A DNA stretch of 64,000 nucleotides from Candidatus Flemingiibacterium merdigallinarum (GTDB lineage Bacteria > Bacillota > Clostridia > Oscillospirales > CAG-272). Position 1 is the first letter of the stretch, and each line of letters opens with the position of its first letter. This document shows positions 48,151 to 58,425 of the stretch, one piece after another. The stretch covers positions 28,514-92,513 of the forward strand of contig CAJFKR010000004.1 of the NCBI GenBank assembly GCA_904386005.1. Direction: 5' to 3'. A program made the position numbers and the translations under genes. The notes under the pieces are model-generated. The model was not told the DNA's origin and made no database searches. It saw nothing but the letters and a program-made list of their open reading frames with translations.

Positions 48151-48931
48151 ATTCAATCGGCTTCGCCGTTATCTGCACCCACGCCGGCTTGAACCCCGAC
48201 GCGAGCGCGCAGCGCACGCTGCGCACATTCGACCACGCCGCGCAGTAGAACGGCACCTTGCCGAGCTTGATTATCTCCTGCGCGAGCAGAGTGACGATAG
48301 TCTTCGCGATACCGCACCGCCGGTATTCGGGAAGCACGTCGATTCCGATCTGGTACATACTGTCGCAGTCGGCGCTGCACGCGGCAAGTCCTATCAGTCT
48401 ATTTCCGTCATACGCGCCGACTCCGAGCGTGTCGAGCTCGGCGCGGTGCGCGCAGAGCGCGTTCGACCATTCGGGCGTGTAGAGCGGCGCGAAGTCGGAT
48501 TTATACAGCAGCCGTGTCTCAAAGCCGCGGCTATTGCCGAGATTTATTCCGCGTTCATTGCGTTGTGCCGCGCGCTCAAGCTCTTGAATGTCCGGCAGGA
48601 AGTATTCAGCCATATGTAATATATGGTGTCCATATTTTGCCAGCTCGCGGTTCAGCTCGTATATCGCCGGCGTCTCGAAGCAGTGGCAAAAGTCGTCACG
48701 AGATATGAATTTTGCCGCGAAGTCCAAAATCTCGGGCGATCCGGACGCGACGATGTTGCCGCCGTAGGACGTGAGGTCTAAAAAGAACGGCAGCTTCAGA
48801 TATCGACGGGCGTCGGGATGCGGTCGCGACTCGACTGTGACCGGCTCGGATTTCGTAAAGTCGTCAGGTGCGCAGCCCGAGTCGATTGCCGACTGCGCCA
48901 TCGCGGTTTTTAATATGTATTCGTTTGTCAT
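48146..48931 (-). CDS. GNAT-family N-acetyltransferase
   Basis: QIGIDVLPEYRRCGIA acetyl-CoA motif, WSNVRS...GF; GAGG SD before ATG 48931. Confidence 0.88.
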   Translation of the reverse strand: MTNEYILKTAMAQSAIDSGCAPDDFTKSEPVTVESRPHPDARRYLKLPFFLDLTSYGGNIVASGSPEILDFAAKFISRDDFCHCFETPAIYELNRELAKYGHHILHMAEYFLPDIQELERAAQRNERGINLGNSRGFETRLLYKSDFAPLYTPEWSNALCAHRAELDTLGVGAYDGNRLIGLAACSADCDSMYQIGIDVLPEYRRCGIAKTIVTLLAQEIIKLGKVPFYCAAWSNVRSVRCALASGFKPAWVQITAKPIES

Positions 48932-49038
48932 GTGGGTTAACCTCATCGTAATAAATGCGCAGGATTGCGGAATATATTTGTTGACACCTCGGTCAGAATT
49001 GTGATACAATAATACTAAAGGCAAGATCGCGTCGGTGC

Positions 49039-49134
49039 TGTCTATGGGATGTACGATTTCATGGCGATACTGTCTATGGTATGGACAATTTCATGTCAAT
49101 GGTGTCTATTGTATACGCAGTATCACGACCGATT
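49039..49134. repeat. Three degenerate 32-bp tandem units overlapping the AraC stop
   Basis: TGTCTAT recurs at 49039, 49071 and 49103, with T(T/A)TCA in register. Confidence 0.7.
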
Positions 49135-50001
49135 ATTCCTTGTTCGGTATTCGCTCGGCGTCATGCCGGTCACTTTGCGGAACGCGCGGTTGAAATTGGA
49201 CGCGTTGTTGAAGCCGCAGGAATTCGCGACCTCGAGTATGTTCATGTCCCGCCGCGTGAGCAGCGCGTAGGATTTCTCGATGCGCCGCGCGGTCAGGTAT
49301 TCCCACGGCGTCACGCCGTTCAGCTTTTTGAACAGGGTTGTGAAATAGGTCTTGTTGAGATTCGCCTTCGCCGCGATTTCGTCGAGCGTGAGCGGCTCGG
49401 CGAGATTTTCGTCGATATACTTCATCGCGCCGCTTATCTGGCTGTATTTCGCCGATTCGACATAACTTGTGCCGTCGCTGACATAGTCGTATTCGCGCAG
49501 CAGTAGGACGAGCAGGGAGAGCAGCTTTATTTTGACCATAAGCTCGTATTCCTCGCGCCGCTCGGCGGCCTCGCGCTCGATTTCGACAAGCAGGCGCACG
49601 ATTTCCGGAGTCGCGGGATTTTCGCGGTCGAGCCGGTTGCGAAAATTATCGCTCCGGTCGAAGAATATGCGCAGATACTTCACGTCGAACAGGTCGCTGC
49701 CCGCCCAGATGAAGCGCGGTTCGAAGTGTATGTTCATCAGCCGCAGCCGCTCGCAGCCCGAGATGTCGGTGATGTAGTGCTCCTCGTGCGTGCCGAACAG
49801 AAACACGTCGCCGGGGCTAATCGTATACTGCGCGGCTCCGACTGTATACACGCCCTGCCCCTCCTTGACCAGCGAAATTTCGAGCTCGGTGTGGTGATGC
49901 TCGCGCCATTCGCGCTTTTTCGGCAGAGCCTCGGAGTAGAAGATTCTCAATAGACAGTCTCCATTGTCGCCGCTTTTGATTTTTATCTGTTCAAAATCCA
50001 T
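49123..50001 (-). CDS. AraC-family transcriptional regulator
   Basis: HHHTELE cupin motif; CGFNNASNFNRAFRKVTGMTPSEYR. Confidence 0.93.
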   Translation of the reverse strand: MDFEQIKIKSGDNGDCLLRIFYSEALPKKREWREHHHTELEISLVKEGQGVYTVGAAQYTISPGDVFLFGTHEEHYITDISGCERLRLMNIHFEPRFIWAGSDLFDVKYLRIFFDRSDNFRNRLDRENPATPEIVRLLVEIEREAAERREEYELMVKIKLLSLLVLLLREYDYVSDGTSYVESAKYSQISGAMKYIDENLAEPLTLDEIAAKANLNKTYFTTLFKKLNGVTPWEYLTARRIEKSYALLTRRDMNILEVANSCGFNNASNFNRAFRKVTGMTPSEYRTRNNRS

Positions 50002-50121
50002 ATCCCGCCGCTCCTTTGCTTGTGCTACAGTTTATTATACAATATTTACAACGCCACGTCAAGTCTAAAATATATTTTCATGCCGCCGTGGTGAAAACCA
50101 TGCGCGGACAGAAAGGAAGAA

Positions 50122-50874
50122 TTGGGAATGTTTGATTTAACCGGAAAAAGAGCCCTGATCACCGGCTCGACGCAGGGAATCGGCTTTGCGATAGCCGAAT
50201 GCTTCGCTCACTGCGGCGCGGATGTGATTATACACGGCTCGAAGAGCTATGACAAATGCGCGTCGGCGGCCGAGCGCATATACACGCCCGACCTTGCCGG
50301 CAAGCTCGGTATCGCGGTCGCCGACCTGTCGAGTCCGGACGGCGCGGACAAGCTGTACGACGCGGTCGGCGATGTCGACATCCTTGTGCTGAACGCGAGC
50401 ATACAGTTCCGCAAGAAGTGGATTGACATCACACCCGACGAGGTTGAGACTCAGCTCCAGACCAACTACAAATCCTCGCTGCGGCTGATACAGCTGTGCG
50501 AGCCGTATATGGAGAAGAACGGCTGGGGACGCGTCGTCACGGTCGGCAGTGTGCAGCAGTACAAGCCTCATCGCGATATGGCGGTCTACGCTTCGTCCAA
50601 GGCGGCGCAGCTGAATCTCGTCACGAATCTGGCAAAGCAGCTCGCGCCGTGCGGAATCACGGTGAACAACCTGTCGCCCGGAGTCATCGCGACTCCGAGA
50701 AACGCCGACGCGCTCGCCGACCCGCTATATTCGAAGCAGGTAATGGCGGGCATTCCGGCAGGATTCGCCGGAGACGCCGAGGACTTGGCTGGAGCCGCGC
50801 TGCTGCTCTGCTCAAGCGAGGGGCGCTACATCACCGGAATCGACCTCGTCGTCGACGGCGGAATGAAGCTGTGA
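50122..50874 (+). CDS. SDR oxidoreductase (gluconate-5-DH/KduD-like)
   Basis: TGSTQGIG, YASSK, PGVIAT, VDGG. Confidence 0.9.
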   Translation: MGMFDLTGKRALITGSTQGIGFAIAECFAHCGADVIIHGSKSYDKCASAAERIYTPDLAGKLGIAVADLSSPDGADKLYDAVGDVDILVLNASIQFRKKWIDITPDEVETQLQTNYKSSLRLIQLCEPYMEKNGWGRVVTVGSVQQYKPHRDMAVYASSKAAQLNLVTNLAKQLAPCGITVNNLSPGVIATPRNADALADPLYSKQVMAGIPAGFAGDAEDLAGAALLLCSSEGRYITGIDLVVDGGMKL

Positions 50875-51172
50875 TGAACTATTGATTATATAAGGCAACA
50901 CGCTTAGGACAGCAAATGCTGTCCTATTTTTATATAAATTTTCCTCCGGCTATTGATTTTTAATATTATATATGGTATATTATTAGCGTAACAAAGCGAT
51001 GTGGTGTAAGATAATATAAACCGGAATGGAATGAAGTTTGAAAAAATCCAAGCTCACGAGTTTTGCGGCTTCGATGCCGGGCGTCGAATGACGTTGTATA
51101 CATCGAATTGGCTTTGCAGAACTGCCGCAAACCGACGCAAAAAATCGACAAGTGAAAGAAATGATCATAGTT

Positions 51173-53026
51173 ATGAAGCTGCTGACAAAATATTACGAAA
51201 CGCTGGGAGGTAAAGTCCTACCGCTCGACAAATTCCGCCTGTTCATTGACCTTGCCGAGCCAATATCCGCGAGCGGAGATATCGGTCTTGACAATATCTC
51301 CGAGTCCGACCGCGACGGGATCATTGCCGCGGCAGAGAAAATATTCGACAACCCCTATCCGCTGACGCTCGCGAGCGATTTCATCCGCTTCTGGCGCGAC
51401 GGAAACCGCAGTATATTCGAAGGATTCTACTTCACCCGCCGCAATATGCTGCTCACCTTTGCGCTCGCCGAGGCGATCGAGCGAAAGAATCGCTTCACCG
51501 ACCGCGTTATGGACGGCATAATGCTGATCTGCGACGAATACGACTGGGTCATTCCGGCGCACATAGACCACAGATACGCGTTGAATCCCTGCTTTTATCA
51601 CAAGCATAACAACCTCGACCTGTTTTCGGCGATGACCGGCGCGACGCTCGCGCTCGTCACAACACTGCTGCGCGGTGAACTCGACGCGACCGCGCATGAG
51701 ATTCGCGAGAGGGTGATATATGAACTGCACGAGCGCATCTGCGCGCCGTTCATGGAGCGCGACCTCGGCTGGATGGGCTTCGCCGGAAACGCCGTCAACA
51801 ACTGGAATCCGTGGATCGTGTCGAATGTGCTGCTCACAGCGGCTCTGACCGAAGCCGACGGCGAGTACCGCGAGTCGCTGACACTGCGCGCCATAAAAAT
51901 GGTCGACAACTTCATCAACGGCTACCACACCGACGGCGGCTGTGACGAGGGGCCGAGCTACTGGGGCGCGGCGGGAGCGTCGCTGTTCGATGTGCTCGAG
52001 CTGCTGTACGACCTGACCGACGGATATGTAGACATATTCGGCGAGGAGCTGATCCGCCGCATGGGCGAATACGAGGCCGACTTCAATATCAGCGGCAGCT
52101 ACTACATAAACTTCGCCGACTGTCCGGCGCACGTGCGCCCCGACTTCCGGATGATCGCGCGCTACGGCAGACGGGTCGGCTCGCCGCGTCTGACCGCGTT
52201 CGGCACGTCGTCGCTTGCAAAATACGCGCGCCCCGGCTTCTCGGGCAACCACTGGCAGCTCTACCGCACACTTAAAAATCTCGTCGAGCCGCCGTATGAG
52301 ACGGGCGAATACAAGCCGGCGCGCCAGTGCTGGTACGACGGCATCTGCGTCGCTATCGAGCGCGAGACCGACGAATACGACAAGGGCTTCTTTGTCGCGG
52401 CAAAGGGCGGTCACAACGCCGAAAGCCACAATCACAACGACGTCGGAAACTTCATCGTCTATCACGACGGAAAGCCGGTGCTGCTCGATGTCGGCGTCGG
52501 CGCGTATACGAAAAAGACGTTCAGCTCCGACCGCTACAAGATCTGGTCGATGTGCTCGGACTACCACAATCTGCCGACTGTGAACGGCATAACGCAGCGC
52601 GCGGGCAAGAATTTCCACGCCGAGGACATTGCCTACGACAAGGCAGGTCACTCACTGTCGCTCGACATATCAAAAGCTTATCCGGACGAAGCCGGACTGG
52701 TATCGCTGTGTCGGCGCGTATCGCTCGACGACGGCGTTGTGACGGTGTCGGACGACGTCAAGCTCAAAGCCGAGGGCGAGGTCTGTTTCACGCTTATGTG
52801 CGCGCGCGGCGTAGACTTGTCGCAGTCGGGTGTGATCAAATTTGACGGCGGTATCGAGCTATGCTATTCGCCGAATCTGACCGCTGAGCTTGACGAAGGC
52901 TTCGATGTCTCGGCTGAGGACGATTCTATCAAGAATAATTGGAAGGAACTGACAATAAGCCGCGTTCTGCTCCGCTCGAAGGAATTCACCGAGGATAAGT
53001 TCGAAGTGAAGCTCCGCAAGGTATGA
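51173..53026 (+). CDS. Heparinase II/III-family protein
   Basis: NNWNPW, DGGCDEGPSYW, NFAD, HNHNDVG, S..HN motifs. Confidence 0.85.
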   Translation: MKLLTKYYETLGGKVLPLDKFRLFIDLAEPISASGDIGLDNISESDRDGIIAAAEKIFDNPYPLTLASDFIRFWRDGNRSIFEGFYFTRRNMLLTFALAEAIERKNRFTDRVMDGIMLICDEYDWVIPAHIDHRYALNPCFYHKHNNLDLFSAMTGATLALVTTLLRGELDATAHEIRERVIYELHERICAPFMERDLGWMGFAGNAVNNWNPWIVSNVLLTAALTEADGEYRESLTLRAIKMVDNFINGYHTDGGCDEGPSYWGAAGASLFDVLELLYDLTDGYVDIFGEELIRRMGEYEADFNISGSYYINFADCPAHVRPDFRMIARYGRRVGSPRLTAFGTSSLAKYARPGFSGNHWQLYRTLKNLVEPPYETGEYKPARQCWYDGICVAIERETDEYDKGFFVAAKGGHNAESHNHNDVGNFIVYHDGKPVLLDVGVGAYTKKTFSSDRYKIWSMCSDYHNLPTVNGITQRAGKNFHAEDIAYDKAGHSLSLDISKAYPDEAGLVSLCRRVSLDDGVVTVSDDVKLKAEGEVCFTLMCARGVDLSQSGVIKFDGGIELCYSPNLTAELDEGFDVSAEDDSIKNNWKELTISRVLLRSKEFTEDKFEVKLRKV

Positions 53027-53068
53027 CAGTCCCCGCAGAACGACAGCAAAAGCAGGCTTAAATATAAG

Positions 53069-53099
53069 TGGCAGCGTTCGAATTGTGAAACGCTGCCGC
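53069..53099 (+). terminator. Probable terminator
   Basis: GGCAGCGTT / AACGCTGCC stem. Confidence 0.55.
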
Positions 53100-53249
53100 T
53101 ATATTATTATCGAGATATCATTGTTCAGGATATATGTGAAACGATTGCGGCAATGCGGGGCTAATACTTGCGCAATATGTCATTCAAGCCGGAAACCGGC
53201 GCCGCGTTAATATACTCAAACACTCAAAAGAAATTTTGACCGTCAGATG

Positions 53250-53975
53250 TCATCCGAATAGCTCACCCAAAAATTCAAGCAGTCTGAACCGCACGGTCAC
53301 GCGCGGCGAGTCGCCGGTGATAAGCTCGATCTGCGACGGCGTGAGTCCGGCGGCGATCAGCTTCTCGTCGTCATAATCAAAAGTGACAGTCTCGTTTTGC
53401 CGCGTCGGCTCGTCGCTCACCGCCGGCGCGAGGCAGAGCTGCGGGAACAGCACGCACCACCAGTTGTGACCCTCGGCTTCGCCGATGAGTACGCGTAGCG
53501 ATGTGTATTCTCCCGCCGGAAGCCGCAGCGAGCCGTATTCGCGTGTCGGGTAACTCTCGCGAGTCAGAGTCACGCGTATAGAATAGTCCGAGCCCTCGTT
53601 TTTTAGCGCTTCCTTCGCGGCGTCGGCGACAAGGTCGAGATTATCCGCGAGAATCGCGCGCGCCGCGGCGACGTCGGCGGCAGACTCGGACAGCTTTGCC
53701 GCGACCTCGAGTATGCCGTCACGCACCTTCAGCTTGAGCTGCTGGTCGTAGTCTGAATCTGAATTCGCGAGCACGTGCAGTCGAATTACGCTGTCGTATA
53801 TGTCATAATCGCTCGCGTCGGGCAGAAATCCGAACACCGGAAGCGATGTGGCGCAGAGAATCGAAAAGGTGACAAGGAACACACACAGCCGGTCGGCTTT
53901 GCTGATGCGGTCGGCTTTGCTGATGCCGCTGCGATTTGCGCGGCCGCGGAACACACGTGCGAATAGGCGTCTCAT
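53250..53975 (-). CDS. spoIIR: Stage II sporulation protein R
   Basis: IRLHVLANSDSDYDQQLKLKVRD, PTREYG, LPAGEY, GHNWWCVLFP; 18-bp duplication (ISKADR x2) near the N-terminus. Confidence 0.95.
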   Translation of the reverse strand: MRRLFARVFRGRANRSGISKADRISKADRLCVFLVTFSILCATSLPVFGFLPDASDYDIYDSVIRLHVLANSDSDYDQQLKLKVRDGILEVAAKLSESAADVAAARAILADNLDLVADAAKEALKNEGSDYSIRVTLTRESYPTREYGSLRLPAGEYTSLRVLIGEAEGHNWWCVLFPQLCLAPAVSDEPTRQNETVTFDYDDEKLIAAGLTPSQIELITGDSPRVTVRFRLLEFLGELFG

Positions 53976-54034
53976 AATAAAATCTCCCTGTTTATGTTGA
54001 TATCATGAATATCGACCGAAACAGGGAGATTTAT

Positions 54035-55225
54035 TCATTCAGTTGTGGAAACATAACTGCGGTCGCAGGTTATGACCGCGTTGTAGCTTGGCGAGAGCCG
54101 CTTTATTTTGGCTTCAATCAGCTCGCGCAGCGCGGAGTCCGACAGCTTCGAGTCAAGCGGCACGGTGATGTCGAACAGCAGATTCGTATGCGTCTGCCTT
54201 TTGACGACGCGGAAGTCGTGCATAGTCAGCTCGCAGTGGATTTCGGACGAGATTTCCTTAATTATAAGGTCTACCTCCTCGTGCAGCCGCGAAACCTCGG
54301 GGTTGCCGGTGACGACCGGGTCGAGGTGGATAACGAGGTGTATTCCGGTTTCGCGCAGAAAGTCGAACTCGATGTTGTCTATAATATCGTGGCTTTCGAG
54401 TATATCACGTTCGGCCGGAACCTCGGCGTGTACCGACGCGAAGCAGCGTCCTGGACCGTAATTGTGTACGACGAGGTCGTGATAGCCGAGTATACCTTCG
54501 TAGGACATGATCCGGTCGCCGATAGACTTGATGAATTCGGACGACGGAGCGAGTCCGAGCAGAGGATTCGACGTCTCGATGATCAGGCTGACGCCCGAAT
54601 ATATTATGAACAGCGCGACCGCGCAGCCGAGCCAGCCGTCGAGGTTCAGCTTAGTCAGCTTAGAGATTATCGCGCCGACCAGAACCGCGGACGTGGTCAA
54701 CACGTCGTTTCGGCTGTCAGAAGCGGTGGCAATCAGTGTAGCCGAGTCGATATGACGTCCAACCGCGACATAGAAGCGGTTCTGCCAGAGCTTTATAACA
54801 ATAGACACGGCGAGAATCGCGAAAGTGACCGGAGTATAGGTCGTCTCGGGTTCACTGAACAGCGACTCGACCGAGTTCAGGAAGAACTGAACTCCGAGTA
54901 TCGTTATCACCATTGACACGATAAGACCGGTGATATATTCAATCCGGCGGTGTCCGTAAGGGTGCTTTGCGTCGGCTGGCTTCGACGCGAGCCGAAAGCC
55001 GATAAGCGTGATTATCGACGAGCCGGCGTCGGTCAGGTTATTGACCGCGTCGGCAGTGATAGCGATGCTCTTTGTGACAATACCGATTATGACCTTGATA
55101 ATCGACAGGAAGATATTCGAGGCTATGCCGACGATACCGGCCGCCGACGCGCATCTCTCGCGGACACGCGGGTCGCCGGTGTTCTCATAGTCACGGACAA
55201 AAAGAGATAAGATACGCAGATTCAT
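54035..55225 (-). CDS. Cation diffusion facilitator transporter
   Basis: ADAVNNLTD, HPYGHRR.EY, DSRND, HDLVVHNYG, IHLDP. Confidence 0.92.
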   Translation of the reverse strand: MNLRILSLFVRDYENTGDPRVRERCASAAGIVGIASNIFLSIIKVIIGIVTKSIAITADAVNNLTDAGSSIITLIGFRLASKPADAKHPYGHRRIEYITGLIVSMVITILGVQFFLNSVESLFSEPETTYTPVTFAILAVSIVIKLWQNRFYVAVGRHIDSATLIATASDSRNDVLTTSAVLVGAIISKLTKLNLDGWLGCAVALFIIYSGVSLIIETSNPLLGLAPSSEFIKSIGDRIMSYEGILGYHDLVVHNYGPGRCFASVHAEVPAERDILESHDIIDNIEFDFLRETGIHLVIHLDPVVTGNPEVSRLHEEVDLIIKEISSEIHCELTMHDFRVVKRQTHTNLLFDITVPLDSKLSDSALRELIEAKIKRLSPSYNAVITCDRSYVSTTE

Positions 55226-55280
55226 AATAGTTGTTAGTTATTAGGTGTTAGTTGTTAGTTTAAGGTTGTTTGTGTTAGGA
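55226..55280. repeat. Heptameric repeat (TAGTTGT/TAGTTAT)
   Basis: TAGTTGT TAGTTAT TAGGTGT TAGTTGT TAGTTT, immediately 5' of the CDF start. Confidence 0.75.
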
Positions 55281-55376
55281 AAATTAAGCGAGTGCAAAAG
55301 TTTGACAAGAGTGAAGCTCACACATGTTATCGGTCGAACCTGCCGGAGCTTTGTATATCATCGAACTCACGTTGCA

Positions 55377-56630
55377 TTAATCGTTGTTTCCGAGAAGCCG
55401 TTTCGCGGCGCCGAGGACGCCGAGCTTGCCGCTCTCGTAGGTCAGTCCGCCCTGCATATACGCGATATACGGCGCGCGCATCGGTCCGTCGCAGGACAGC
55501 TCGATTGACGCGCCCTGCGTGAAGGTTCCGGCCGCCATTATTACCTCGTCGGCGTAGCCGGGGATCGGCGACGGCTCGGGCGAGACATACGAGTCGACCG
55601 GCGACGCCGCTTGTATGCCCTTACAGAAGTCGACCAGCTTTTTCGGGTCTCCAAGGCGAATCGTCTGGATTATATCAGCGCGGCGTTCATTCCAGCGCGG
55701 CGAGACGTCGCAGCCGAGCGCCTCGAAGATATACGCGGCGAGGTGTGCGGTCTTGAGTGCCTGCGCCACCGTATGCGGGGCGTAGAAGAAGCCTTTTATC
55801 AGGCTCTTGTTCATACCGAGCGTAGCGCCGCCGTCGAGACCGACGCCGACAGACGTCATGCGGTAGGACGCGAGCTCTACCGCGCGGGCTGTACCGGCTA
55901 TATAGCCGCCCGACTCGGCCATTCCGCCGCCCGGATTCTTGATGAGCGAGCCCATGATGAGGTCGGCTCCGACCGCGGTCGGCTCGCGGGTCTCGGTGAA
56001 CTCTCCGTAGCAGTTGTCGACTACTACATACGCGCCACAGCGCGACTTTACGAATTTTACGATTTCACCGATTTTCTCGACGGTCAGGGTCGGGCGGTCG
56101 AGGTAGCCCTTAGAGCGCTGGATGAACACGACCTTGACGCGGCTTGCCTCGGCTTTGATGATCTCGTCGGCCTTGTCGAAGTCGATGCTGCCGTCGGAAA
56201 GCAGGTCTACCTGACGGTACCCGACCCCGAAATCAGCGAGCGAGCCGTTGCCGGGCTGACCCGAGATACCAACGACCTCCTCGAGCGTATCATAGGGCTT
56301 GCCGGTGATCGCGAGCATTATGTCGTGCGGACGGAGCAGACCGTACAGACCTATCGTTATCGCCATAGTGCCGTTCGCGATCGTATGGCGGACAAACGCT
56401 GACTCCGCGCCGAACACATCGGCATATATGGCGTCGAGCGTTTCGCGTCCGCGGTCGTCGTGACCGTACCCGCTTGTTCCGGCGAAGCAGGTGTCGTCGA
56501 CACGGTGGGTGCGGAAAGAGTCGATGACCCGCTCGGTATTCTGATAGGCGATATCGTCGATATCGGCGAAGATATCGGCGAGGTCATGTTCGGCTTTTTT
56601 TGTGAGCTCCATTAGATTTATGTCTGACAT
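55377..56630 (-). CDS. ynbB: Methionine gamma-lyase-like / aluminium-resistance family PLP enzyme
   Basis: GYGHDDRGR, IQRSKGY, VDNCYGEF, GSLIKNPGGG, MAAGTFTQGASIELSCDGP. Confidence 0.9.
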   Translation of the reverse strand: MSDINLMELTKKAEHDLADIFADIDDIAYQNTERVIDSFRTHRVDDTCFAGTSGYGHDDRGRETLDAIYADVFGAESAFVRHTIANGTMAITIGLYGLLRPHDIMLAITGKPYDTLEEVVGISGQPGNGSLADFGVGYRQVDLLSDGSIDFDKADEIIKAEASRVKVVFIQRSKGYLDRPTLTVEKIGEIVKFVKSRCGAYVVVDNCYGEFTETREPTAVGADLIMGSLIKNPGGGMAESGGYIAGTARAVELASYRMTSVGVGLDGGATLGMNKSLIKGFFYAPHTVAQALKTAHLAAYIFEALGCDVSPRWNERRADIIQTIRLGDPKKLVDFCKGIQAASPVDSYVSPEPSPIPGYADEVIMAAGTFTQGASIELSCDGPMRAPYIAYMQGGLTYESGKLGVLGAAKRLLGNND

Positions 56631-56690
56631 TTATACATTATCCTTTCATTAATACATAAACATCCGCCCTCATGAGAAGGCGGACAAGCG

Positions 56691-56728
56691 TATTAGTTAT
56701 TAGTTATTAGCAATTAGTTATTAGTAGA
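56691..56728. repeat. Heptameric repeat (TAGTTAT)
   Basis: TAGTTAT TAGTTAT TAGCAAT TAGTTAT TAGTAGA. Confidence 0.75.
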
Positions 56729-56780
56729 TACATTGTGTGAAAAGTGAAGGGGATTGCAGGCGCGCATTTTATGTTTTGCG

Positions 56781-58190
56781 TCATTTGAACGAATTGACTA
56801 TTTCCTTGAAGCGATTGCCGCGCTCCTCGAAGTTTGTAAACATATCGAAGCTGGCGGACGCGGGGGAGAGAATCACGATATCGCCCTGCGACGCGGCACC
56901 TCGGGCGGACATAACCGCGCCCTCGAAGCTGTCGGCTTCGATAATCTCGGGGCTGCCGTTATATTCGGGGCAGGAAGTCAGCGCCGCCTTTATCTTCGGC
57001 GCGGTCGCTCCGACGAGCACGACCTTTTTCGCGCAGTCGATGAGCGGCTTCGCGAGCGGGGCATATGGGATATGCTTGTCATATCCGCCGCAGATTACGA
57101 TCAGTGGCTGATTAAACGAACGAAGCGCGGCCTCGGTGCGGGTCGGGCTCGAATCGATCGAGCTGTTGTAGTATTTCACACCGTCGAATTCGCGGACGAA
57201 CTCGCAGCGGTGCTCGACGCCGCCGAATTCGCGGGCGAGCGAGACTATCGTATCGTTCGAGACATAGCCGCGGGTCAGCGCGATCGCGGTCATATAATTT
57301 TCGACGTTGTGTATTCCGGGCAGCTTGATATCCGCGCGGGACATTATTATTTCCGAGCCGGATTTTGTACTATATACAATATCCTCGCCGTCGAGGTACA
57401 CAGCCGCTGACGCGTGATCGAGCGACGGCTTTGTGTGCGCCGAGAAATAGGTGATCTCGGCTTTCGACAGGCTGTACATATCGCGCGTAATCTCACAACC
57501 ATAATTGAGCACAAGGCGTTCGTTTCCGTCGTGCAGGAAGATATTCTCCTTCGAGCGGATATATTCGCTCATGTCGGTGTGCCAGTTCAGGTGATTCGGC
57601 GACACGTTGGTGATCGCGGCCGCGTAGGGCGAGCGGGTCATTGTATGCAGCTGGAAGCTCGACAGCTCGAGTACGGCGTAATCTTCCGGCTTGATATTTT
57701 CGATTTCGGGCAGCAGAGGTTTTCCTATATTTCCGCCGACATAGACCTTAGCCCTGCTGCCGCGCGTCTCAAGCTCGCGGGAGAGCAGGAGGTAGGTCAG
57801 TGTCGTCGACGTAGTCTTGCCGTCGCTTCCGGTGACCGCGAAGATCTTGCAGGGGCAGAGCTCGAAGAAGAGCTCCATTTCGGACGTGACGCGCGAGCCC
57901 TTGGCGGCAGCCGCGACGAATTCGGGCTTATCGCGGCGTATACCGGGGGCTTTGAATATAATCTCCTCGTCGAGCTCCTCGAGGTAATTTTCGCCGGTGA
58001 TGAGCCGGACGCCTTTTGCTTCAAGCGAGTCGGCGAGGTCTCCGAGCTTATCGCGGGTTTTGATATCGCGCGCGGTGACGCTCGCGCCATGCGCAAGCAG
58101 GAACTCTATTAATGGCGTATTGGAGATTCCGATTCCGACCACGGCGGTAGTCTTTCCGTTTATATATTTGTAAAAATCGGTGAGCAGCAT
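56781..58190 (-). CDS. murD: UDP-MurNAc-L-Ala:D-glutamate ligase
   Basis: VTGSDGKTT, GGNIG, ELSSFQL, NHLNWH, EHRCE, SPASASFDMF.NFEERG. Confidence 0.96.
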   Translation of the reverse strand: MLLTDFYKYINGKTTAVVGIGISNTPLIEFLLAHGASVTARDIKTRDKLGDLADSLEAKGVRLITGENYLEELDEEIIFKAPGIRRDKPEFVAAAAKGSRVTSEMELFFELCPCKIFAVTGSDGKTTSTTLTYLLLSRELETRGSRAKVYVGGNIGKPLLPEIENIKPEDYAVLELSSFQLHTMTRSPYAAAITNVSPNHLNWHTDMSEYIRSKENIFLHDGNERLVLNYGCEITRDMYSLSKAEITYFSAHTKPSLDHASAAVYLDGEDIVYSTKSGSEIIMSRADIKLPGIHNVENYMTAIALTRGYVSNDTIVSLAREFGGVEHRCEFVREFDGVKYYNSSIDSSPTRTEAALRSFNQPLIVICGGYDKHIPYAPLAKPLIDCAKKVVLVGATAPKIKAALTSCPEYNGSPEIIEADSFEGAVMSARGAASQGDIVILSPASASFDMFTNFEERGNRFKEIVNSFK

Positions 58191-58425
58191 GGTTCGGCAG
58201 ATTCCTTTTATTATTTTTGTTTTTCGGCTGTCGATATCAATATTATCGGCAGCCGATTCATTTTATGATTGCATTCGGATTGATTTAACTCTTAACGATC
58301 ACTACTATAATTATATACTCATCAATCGTCATTTGCAACCGCGAAATGTAAATATTGCCGCCAGAAGCAGAATGGATATGTGATTTTCGGGTATTTCAAC
58401 GCTGGGCTTACATCCGACTGCCGGT

